This document shows positions 34,241-44,400 of a stretch of 49,153 nucleotides of DNA, one piece after another. The notes beneath the pieces are model-generated. The model worked only from the letters and a program-made list of their open reading frames with translations. It did no database searches and was not told the origin of the DNA. A program made the translations under genes and the position numbers. Each line of letters begins with the position of its first letter. The first letter of the stretch is position 1. This DNA comes from Nemertoderma westbladi (lineage: Eukaryota; Animalia; Xenacoelomorpha), in the NCBI GenBank assembly GCA_032718475.1, contig JAUCBJ010006594.1, forward strand, positions 1 to 49,153, in the 5' to 3' direction.

Positions 34241-35971
34241 TGTTTTCATCATCGTTACTCCGGGACAAAGACCAATAGTGATGATGCTCCATCAACATCT
34301 GCACGAGTCCATGTTGTTAAAGATCTTCCTAAATATAAGATATCCGACAGGTTTCTAAAGGAGAAGATCAGTTACCAGGAGCATGATGAAACCAACAAAC
34401 AGATGCTGAGACTCCTACAATGCTATGAGGATTCCGATAAGTATTTCCTGTTGTTAAGAAATCCGCAGATGCGCTTAAGGGATCGCTTCTCTAGTACCAT
34501 GATAGATGGGTTAATACGTGTTGGAGGCAGGCTCACCAACGCCCCCTTATCCTTTGACACTAAGTTTCCCATACTCATTAGAAATCTTGACATACAAATC
34601 AAGATGATTGTAGATGTTCATAGCAAACTGTATCATAAATAATAATAATTAAATGCTTGAGTTAATACAATTATTTTATATTTTATATATATTTTTATAT
34701 ATATATCTTTTTATCTATATATTTTTATATATATATATATATATATTCTATTCTTAGAATAAAATAAACTGTATCATGCTGGAAGAGAACGAGTTCTGAG
34801 CGAAATTCGAACTCGCTTCTATTTTTATAAACCCCGTAGAGCTCTGAACCAAGTCCTTAGGAACTGCATACCCTGTAGGAAAGCATTCAGTAGGCCTTTG
34901 ACACAGCGAAAGGCATAATTACCTAGGGAAAGAGTAAGCTTCTACGAACCACCCTTTACTAATACCGGTGTGGATTTATTTGGCCCTATTGAAGTATATC
35001 GTGCCCGGACTATAGTCAAGAGATGGTGTGTCATCTTCGTTTGTATGAATTGTAGAGCTATCCATCTCGATATGGTAAACGATCTATCCACCAACAGCTT
35101 CGTGTTGAGTTTACGACGACAGATCGCTCGCTTCGGAACCAGTAACACGATGAGATCGGATAAGGGAACGAACTTCATTGGTGCCAACAACGAAATTCAA
35201 GCTTACGTAAAAGACTGGAACAAAAGACAGGTGGACGATCAGCTAAGGATAACAGCGTCTAGCTGGACCTTCAACGCCGCCGACGCCCCTTGGTGGGGAG
35301 GAAGTTGGGAGAGATTGATTAGGAGCGTGAAGACTGCGTTCCACTTTATTGTACCTTGTCGCGCTTATCTCACCGACGAACTATTGCGGACGTTAATGGA
35401 GGAAATCGCCGCCTATCTCAACGAAAGACCGCTTATGCCAGTCTCTTCAAGTCCTGATTCCCTGGAAGCGCTAACACCCGCGCACTTTCTACTGAAGAAA
35501 CCCGTAGCCATGCTCCCACGATCGGAGATCACAGACGGAGACGAGTACTGCCGTCGAACCTGGCAACTTATGCAGTTGCTATCCCGTCGTTTCGCTGACC
35601 ATTTCGAGAAACATTACCTGCCCACTCTACAACTTCGAACTAAGTGGTTTGCGCAGCAAGAAAACGTCAGCGCTGGAGACATGGTGCTTATTGTGGACCC
35701 CGATCTCCCACGTAAGCGATGGCAAACAGGTCGTATCATCGAGACTCATATCTCGAGCGATGGTTTGGTGCGATCAGTAGAACTCGTCGTCATGCGGCGT
35801 AACTTTAAGAAACCAGGGATAGTCTTTGAGACTCAACAGCTCAACCACCCAGTGGGTCGTTTATGTTTACTGGAAAGAGACAGAGAGCTCTCCGGAAACT
35901 ATGGAAGGCAAGAAACTCTTCCCACGACCACTTCCCTAATCCAACCGACATCTAGGGGCTCCCCAACTTAA
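34241..35971 (+). pseudogene. Integrase region of copy C (same frame; one insertion, one stop)
   Basis: GLIRVGGRL, H...H/CIPC zinc finger, GVDLFGP, SDKGTNF, GGSWERLIRSVK, LTPAHFL, GDMVLI...RWQTGRI...DGLVRSV. Confidence 0.92.
34625..34777. other. 141-bp AT-rich insertion bounded by the 12-bp direct repeat AAACTGTATCAT
   Basis: Repeat at 34625-34636 and 34766-34777; absent from copy B, which reads HSRLYHAGRERV continuously. Confidence 0.85.
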
Positions 35972-36514
35972 TATCGTTCGGAGTGGGTGTGTGACTCTAT
36001 TATTTTATATTATTTTATTATTTTTATATTTATGTATGTATTACTATGTAATTTTATCATAATCGTTTTATTTAATTTAGTAGAATATTATTTAGCGATT
36101 ATTTAGTAGAGTAGTGCAATATGTTCGTGTTTATTGCGTACGTAATTACTTATATTATATTTAGTGTGACGGTGAGAAACAAGTGTTTTTCTCTTTCCTT
36201 ACTGTCCGTATTATATTATAAATACGTAACTACAGTAAGATGAAATGTCCGTACTTATTAAAGTACAATAAAGCCACTACTATATTCAAGTATTATTGGT
36301 AGGCAGAGTATTAGGAATGCAAAGTTCAGATCCTCGTGTCTTGGCTAAACCAAGCTCTGGGTAGACCTTGGAAACGACTTGCCTCTTCACACTGACATTG
36401 CTTCGTGCGATATTGCTCTCATACCGTATATTAAATAATACATATAGTAGCGTGATGTCCCTTTAACAGTAGCGTATAACGCAAAATAAATCTGTTAAAC
36501 CCTTTGACCATCTG

Positions 36515-36810
36515 TAATTCTAGTCGATTAAGATATCGCGGCACCCACCGATATACTTGAAAGACAAATTCTAGAATCAGTGGTTAACGTCCCCAGACAA
36601 GTTCTGGAATAAATCGGTGCCCATCTCAAATATTAATTATTTAATATTTGCAAATCTAATAAATCAAAATCTGTAAAATTCAGATCCTTCAACAATTCTA
36701 GTCAATTAAGATATCGTAGCATTTACCGATATTCTTAAAAGGACAATTTTCATAGAATTAAGGATCTTGTGTTCCCAGACATGTTCTAGAATCAAAATAT
36801 GCCCATTTAA
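36515..36810 (+). repeat. Diverged ~177-bp tandem duplication in the pol-ORF3 spacer
   Basis: AATTCTAGTC(G/A)ATTAAGATATCG...ACCGATAT...CCCAGACA.GTTCT.GAAT...TGCCCAT at ~36517 and ~36694. Confidence 0.75.
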
Positions 36811-37357
36811 TTATCAAATAATAAAATTTCAGGGAATAAATTTAAATTCATGCCTTTTAATGAATTTAATAAATTGCCATTTTACGCAATTTATAACATT
36901 CCCAAAATTCCATTAATTAATAGATCAAGGGAGCGGAGATTTGTCTTATTATGAGTATGAGTGTGCGAAAGTCTCCCAAACATGGTCAATAGCCGATAAA
37001 ATTCATAAAGTCATGTATCAAACAGGACATTGACTATTAAAGAATTACTATTAAATAACATCCCAGATCTGTATGCATGGGAATTACTCTAATTCTACCG
37101 CTAGCTTTGCATAATGTCACCATGGCAACAACCACGCTAGAATTAGAATTGAGTTAAAAGAACAATAGAAAGCTTGTCCCATTGAATAGCATAGGGAATA
37201 AATAGCGCACTGCTAGTATCCAAGGATACATAATAGTACAGTGACATTCTGGAAGGCATTGACTAACGGACAAACGGCCCGAATGTGCGTAGTTGTGACC
37301 AGTTGTGTGGTATTTGTGAGTTTATAGGTGAATGTTACTGCTAAAGTGTGTTTACAG

Positions 37358-37572
37358 TAGCTAGTCGCAATCGTGAAAGTAACCTAACTCTCCAAGGAAA
37401 ACCTGAAGTACATCTAAGCCTTTGGGACGGACAGTGGAGTGACTTGTGCCAGTTGTCGTTGTCGTTGTGCGGCTACGTCGTTGGCGAAAGTACAGCGGCG
37501 ACGACACATCGGCGCTGAGAATCTCACACTGTCCGGGGGCAAGGGAGAAGTAGGCAGCGACGCCCGCTCGCC
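37358..37572 (+). ncRNA. Conserved long RNA stem-loop upstream of ORF3 (copy C)
   Basis: GTCGTTGTCGTTGTGC pairs fully with GTACAGCGGCGACGAC (16 bp including G-U), enclosed by CGGACAGTG (37428) / CACTGTCCG (37535). Differences from copy B keep the pairing. Confidence 0.65.
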
Positions 37573-37621
37573 TAATAAATATATAAACTCATTATAATAT
37601 TGGTGAACTCGTATAGCAGAT

Positions 37622-38085
37622 ATGACTGAATTAATAGAAGATGATCTTGGTATCAGGGAGAGATATACTCTACCTTTGCAAGCGTTTGTCGATAGCTTGA
37701 TACGCGGCGACGCTGATCCAACTACTACGGAGGACGATGGTCGTTATATCGAACCGCCAATGTCCCAGGAGCAACTTACGCGTGAATTGGACTATAGAAA
37801 ATTCACTGCTCGCTATACGCATCGTAATGGTACGTATATGGACTTCTTGACTACTGGTCATCCTATTGATTTACACGACACCGACGATGTCGACACCGAA
37901 AGGGAAATGGTTTTATTTAAATATCATACCAGCGGAGTCGAAACGACAAATCGAGAATAGAACACGAGAACTCTATTCGAAATAAACTCGAAAGAGAAGA
38001 CGTTGAAGAACCTGATAAACGTAGCGGCTTCAACGAATATCTAGAATTTCTAAGAGAGACCTATCTCAATGTTGCCAATTCAGTA
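37622..38085 (+). pseudogene. ORF3 N-terminal part in copy C (probable frameshift ~37930, then interrupted)
   Basis: The 112-aa ORF is near-identical to copy B over its first ~70 aa. An alternative frame continues ...IEHENSIRNKLEREDVEEPDKRSGFNEYLEFLRETYLNVANS. Confidence 0.65.
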
Positions 38086-38429
38086 AGGGCGGCGTCGAGT
38101 GAGGTGAATTCGCCGCCCCTCTAAAGGACGCAGTCTACATAGAGGACGCGTAGTTACTGCGAAAACGGTGTTCCCCCCCCATTCGACCTATTTCCAGCCG
38201 TACGATTTTATCGATTTTTCGAGGGGGGACGCGTAATGCCAAAAAAATAAGATTCTTCAGAGCTTTTAGCGAATCTATCGTTTTGACGGACATGACGGAC
38301 AATTGTCTGGTTTTTTTGTCTTTTTTTCACTAGGACTCTTAAAAAACCTCTATTTGACGCATCCAAAGACACCGAGAATCGAAAGAGGGGGTCTAAATTA
38401 GACGTTTCCACATCTTGGAATACCCCGGC

Positions 38430-41400
38430 CACTCGGCTACAGAGAGTGCCAGCATCCCGGTTTCACTCTGGATGTTCTGGCCCCAAAACGAAGTGTTCGC
38501 GTATGCGCAGCAATATTAAATCTAAAACGGCCACAAAGACGAAGACAAAGTCGAAGACGGCCACCCTAGTCTTGCGTTAGCTCTTTAGGGATACAGAATT
38601 TTCGGAGGAGAAGCTTATCTCAGAAAGTAAGCAAGAACCACCAATAAGATGTTCCTAGACCCCCCCCCAGAATCGACTGAATAGTCCAAAACAAATTTTT
38701 TGGAGCGATCCGGGCGACGGGTAACCCGCTGGGTCCATTTTGACCCGTTTTTACCCATTTTTCGGGGTAGCAATCTTTAAAGCATTTGTTTGAGAGAACC
38801 GCGATAGCTACGATCGTGGGACCAACGCAGTTGGAAAGAGCGAGGTCCAAACCCCCCAAAAGTTTTTTTGTGTATGACTCGGTCAAAACTCTGGTCGCGA
38901 TCAGTAAAAGATCATGAAGATCGTGTTTGATCGCGAATCGGACAGAGAAGGAGTTTCCACATCTGAAAATGGTCTAGCCCATCGTCTTTCTCGTCCCCGA
39001 ATTGTGTGGGGTAGCCGGAAGCCCAATTTCTCAAAATTAATTCTTGACCAAGATCACGATCGTCGAAAAGATCGTAAATGATCTTTAACTTTAAAGCTAT
39101 TTGGGACTTAATTTTCTTAATAGAAATTGTTGACTGGACTGTTGCGAGTTGATTAAAAGAAATTTCAACTCGATAGGCCTACCCGTACCGGAGATACAAA
39201 GATCCAAAGTCTGACGTATGATCTTTAAAGATCACCCTATGATGACTCGGTCGGTAATTTTTTTTAAATTAAATGAATGTTTAGAAAGGTCGCGCGCATC
39301 CAACCATGCATCGCGTTCCACGTTGCGGATGACAGCTGCTCCGGAAATCAGACTTTACCAAAAAAAAACCGGATCTTCAAAGATCATTGCCGAATAAGTC
39401 GAGAACCGTAAGGGCTATGAAAAAACTTTCAACGGCAATAATATTCGCCTCTTCAATGCGCTTCCAACCATGTATTTGGATTTTTCGTAGCGTCGATATT
39501 TTTCGAGATATAGCCTTCGAAACGTGGGTATGCCAAAACGGGTCTTTGTACCGGTACCTAGGCCTAGCTGTACACGATTGGAGTGATTTAAACATTGGAA
39601 TCTTAATGATTCGCGACGGGCTACACGCCAGTTTTTAAATTTCTGAAAAAGACCCAGCGGTTGCAGAGATATGAAAATTTTTCAAATGTACCTCGCGTCG
39701 ATCGAAAAGTGCCATCGTCGAAAACGAAAAATTTTAAATCTCAATTTTCACCATGAAGAATTGATTTTGATGAAAAAGTCTCCAGACGAAAAGTGCTCAG
39801 AATCATTAATTACCTACAAGGGGATGAAATTCGAGTCACTAAAATGAATTTTAAAATTTTTTTTGGTTAAAATTTAGTTTGGACCAGGAACGAGGCTTAA
39901 TCTAATATACAGTCAGTTGGCGGAGGGAGCGGAGCGACCGGAGCCCCCAAAACTAAAACCCCTGGGTTACTGCCCCCCCTTGGGGGGGATGGGGGGGGGG
40001 ATTATATAAATGGGTTGGTAGGTTCGGTGGTTCTAGAATTTTACAATTTACGTAAAAAAAAAAGTACAAAAATTTTTCGCTCGCTTCGCTCGCGCCGCCC
40101 CCCCCCCCCCCCCCCCCGCGCGGATTTTACCTACAATATTATTAACTACATGTTCATTTAAGCTTACGATAATTTCCTACAGCGTCATATCAATATTTTC
40201 CATTCTTACAACTCATAATACTTTTCGCAAAAAATAAATTGTTAATAATATTAAAGTCACATATACAACTACTTGGGTGAGTGTTTGTTACATAGTTGCA
40301 TATATTTACAACATTAAACCTTTGACAAAAAGTATACAATGTGATGGGCTTACAGAATTTCACAAGAAGAAATCTATTTTCGCCAGCAATGGCCTATTCT
40401 CACCAGCAATGGTGGGGGTGTCATAATATGCCCCCCAACCTGTCCTCCTCAGCCTGCTGTTGGACTCCCTGTTTTATAAACACTTGCTATAATATCCTCT
40501 GGTAGTATACCCCCTGGTGGGGTCCTACTGCTGTACGCCATACGTCTGTGACTACAAGTGCCCCACTCGGCTATAAAGAGTGCCCCTAGTTTTTTCCCTG
40601 GATGTTCTGGCCCCAAAACGAAGTGTTCGCGTATGCGCAGCAATATTAAATCTAAAACGGCCACAAAGACGAAGACAAAGTCGAAGACGGCCACCCTAGT
40701 CTTGCGTTAGCTCTTTAGGGATACCATTTTTGCGGAGGAGAAGGCTACGTCAGAAAGTAAGCTAGAACCACCAATAAGATGTTCCTAGACCCCCCCCCAG
40801 AATCGACTGAATAGTCCAAAACAAATTTTTTGGACCGATCCGGCCGACGGGTAACCCGCTGGGTCCATTTTGACCCGTTTTTACCCATTTTTCGGGGTAG
40901 CAATTTTAAAAGTGTTTGTTCTCAGGAACTACGATAGCTCCGATCATGGGACCAACGCAGTTGGATAGAGCGAGGTCCAAACCCCCCAAAACTACCTTTT
41001 GTAGTTGACTCGATGAAAACTCTGGTCGTGATCAGTAAAAGATCATGAAGATCGTGTTTGATCGCGAATCGGACAGAGAAGGAGTTTCCACATCTGAAAA
41101 TGGTCTAGCCCATCGTCTTTCTCGTCCCCGAATTGTGTGGGGTAGCCGGAAGCCCAATTTCTCAAAATTAATTCTTGACCAAGATCACGATCGTCGAAAA
41201 GATCGTAAATGATCTTTAACTTTAAAGCTATTTGGGACTTAATTTTCTTAATAGAAATTGTTGACTGGACTGTTGCGAGTTGATTAAAAGAAATTTCAAC
41301 TCGATAGGCCTACCCGTACCGGAGATACAAAGATCCAAAGTCTGACGTATGATCTTTAAAGATCACCCTATGATGACTCGGTCGGTAATTTTTTTTAAAT

Positions 41401-44400
41401 TAAATGAATGTTTAGAAAGGTCGCGCGCATCCAACCACGCATCGCGTTCCACGTTGCGGATGACAGCTGCTCCGGAAATCAGACTTTACCAAAAAAAAAC
41501 CGGATCTTCAAAGATCATTGCCTAATAAGTCGAGAACCGTAAGGGCTATGAAAAAACTTTCAACGGCAATAATATTCGCCTCTTCAATGCGCTTCCAACC
41601 ATGTATTTGGATTTTTCGTAGCGTCGATATTTTTCGAGATATAGCCTTCGAAACGTGGGTATGCCAAAACGGGTCTTTGTACCGGTACCTAGGCCTAGCT
41701 GTACACGATTGGAGTGATTTAAACAGTGGAATCTTAATGATTCGCGACGGGCTACACGCCAGTTTTTAAATTTCTGAAAAAGACCCAGCGGTTGCAGAGA
41801 TATGAAAATTTTTCAAATGTACCTCGCGTCGATCGAAAAGTGCCATCGTCGAAAACGAAAAATTTTAAATCTCAATTTTCACCATGAAGAATTGATTTTG
41901 ATGAAAAAGTCTCCAGACGAAAAGTGCTCAGAATCATTAATTACCTACAAGGGGATGAAATTCGAGTCACTAAAATGAATTTTAAAATTTTTTTTGGTTA
42001 AAATTTAGTTTGGACCAGAAACGAGGCTTAATCTAATATACAGTCAGTTGGCGGAGGGAGCGGAGCGACCGGAGCCCCCAAAACTAAAACCCCTGGGTTA
42101 CTGCCCCCCCTTGGGGGGGATGGGGGGGGATTATATAAATGGGTTGGTAGGTTCGGTGGTTCTAGAATTTTACAATTTACGTTAAAAAAAAAGTAAAAAA
42201 TTTTTCGCTCGCTTCGCTCGCGCCCCCCCCCCCCCCCCCCCCCCGCGCGGATTTTACCTACAATATTATTAACTACATGTTCATTTAAGCTTACGATAAT
42301 TTCCTACAGCGTCATATCAATATTTTCCATTCTTACAACTCATAATACTTTTCGCAAAAAATAAATTGTTAATAATATTAAAGTCACATATACAACTACT
42401 TGGGTGAGTGTTTGTTACATAGTTGCATATATTTACAACATTAAACCTTTGACAAAAAGTATACAATGTGATGGGCTTACAGAATTTCACAAGAAGAAAT
42501 CTATTTTCGCCAGCAATGGCGGGGGTGTCATAATATGCCCCCCAACCTGTCCTCCTCCTCAGCCTGCTGTTGTACTCCCTGTTTTACTAACACTTTACTA
42601 TACGACCCTCTGGTAGTATACCCCCTGGTGGGGTCCTACTGCACGACGCCATACGTCTGTGACTTATAAGTGCCCCACTCGGCTATAAAGAGTGCCCCTA
42701 GTTTTTTCCCTGGATGTTCTGGCCCCAAAACGAAGTGTTCGCGTATGCGCAGCAATATTAAATCTAAAACGGCCACAAAGACGAAGACAAAGTCGAAGAC
42801 GGCCACCCTAGTCTTGCGTTAGCTCTTTAGGGATACAGAATTTTCAGAGATGAAGGCTATCTCAGAAGGTAAGCAAGAACCACCAATAAGATGTTCCTAG
42901 ACCCCCCCCTAGAATCGGCTCAAGGACCCCCCATAACTAATTTTTAGAGCGATCCGGTCGACGGGTAACCCGCTGGGTCCATTTTGACCCGTTTTTACCC
43001 ATTTTTCGGGGTAGCAATTTTAAAAGTGTTTGTTCTCAGCAACTACGATAGCTGCGATCATGGGACCAACGCAGTTGGATAGAGCGAGGTCCAAACCCCC
43101 CAAAACTACCTTTTGTAGTTGACTCGATGAAAACTCTGGTCGTGATCAGTAAAAGATCATAAAGATCAGGTTTGACCCCGAATCGGACAGAGAAGGAGTT
43201 TCCAAATCTGAAAATGGTCTAGCTCATCGTCTTTCTCGTCCCCGAATTGTGGGGGGTAGCCGGAAGCCCAATTTCTCAAAATTTATTCTTGACCATGATC
43301 GCGATCGTCGAAAAGATCATAAATGATCTTTAACTTTAAAGCTATTTAGGACTTAATTTTGTTAATAGAAATTGTTGACTGGACTGTTTCGAGTTGATTA
43401 AAAGAAATTTCAACTCGATAGGCCTAACCGTACCGGAGATACAAAGATCCAAAGTCTGACGTATGATCTTTAAAGATCACCCTATGATGACTCGGTCGGT
43501 AATTTTTTTTAAATTAAATGAATGTTTAGAAAGGTCGCGCGCATCCAACCATGCATCGCGTTCCACGTTGCGGATGACTGCTGCTCCGGAAATCAGACTT
43601 TACAAAAAAAAAACCGGATCTTCAAAGATCATTGCCGAATAAGTCGAGAACCGTAAGGGTTATGAAAAAACTTTCAACGGCAATAATATTCGTCTCTTCA
43701 ATGCGCTTCTAACCATGTATTTGGATTTTTTGTAGCGTCGATATTTTTCGAGATATAGCCTTCGAAACGTGGGTATGCCAAAACGGGTCTTTGTACCGGT
43801 ACCTAGGCCTAGCTGTACGCGATTGGAGTGATTTAAACAGTGGAATCTTAATGATTCGCGACGGGCTACACGCCAGTTTTTAAATTTCTGAAAAAGACCC
43901 AGCGGTTGCAGAGATATGAAAATTTTTCAAATGTACCTCGCGTCGATCGAAAAGTGCCATCGTCGAAAACGAAAAATTTTAAATCTCAATTTTCACCATG
44001 AAGAATTGATTTTGATGAAAAAGTCTCCAGATGAAAAGTGCTCAGAATCATAAATTACCTACAAGGGGATGAAATTCGAGTCACTAAAATGAATTTTAAA
44101 ATTTTTTTTGGTTAAAATTTAGTTTGGACCAGGAACGAGGCTTAATCTAATATACAGTCAGTTGGCGGAGGGAGCGGAGCGACCGGAGCCCCCAAAACTA
44201 AAACCCCTGGGTTACTGCCCCCCCTTGGGGGGGATGGGGGGGGGGGACTATATAAATGGGTTGGTAGGTTCGGTGGTTCTAGAATTTTACAATTTACGTT
44301 TTAAAAAAAAGTACAAAAATTTTTCGCTCGCTACGCTCGCGCCCCCCCCCCGCACGGGTTTTACCTACAATATTAGAAACTACATGTAAATCTATGCTTA

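Larger units (their letters stand above)
24244..38085 (+). mobile_element. BEL/Pao LTR retrotransposon copy C (3' end interrupted; right boundary approximate)
   Basis: 5' LTR, 2.2 kb leader, gag-PR-RT-RH-IN in one frame, 1.65 kb spacer and start of ORF3; no 3' LTR inside the window. Confidence 0.93.

Noticed and set aside
39387-39638. Recurrent 83-aa ORF and other short ORFs in the tandem array
   Set aside because: They recur only because the DNA is repeated. The 83-aa ORF is stopped in the third unit and has no recognisable domain.
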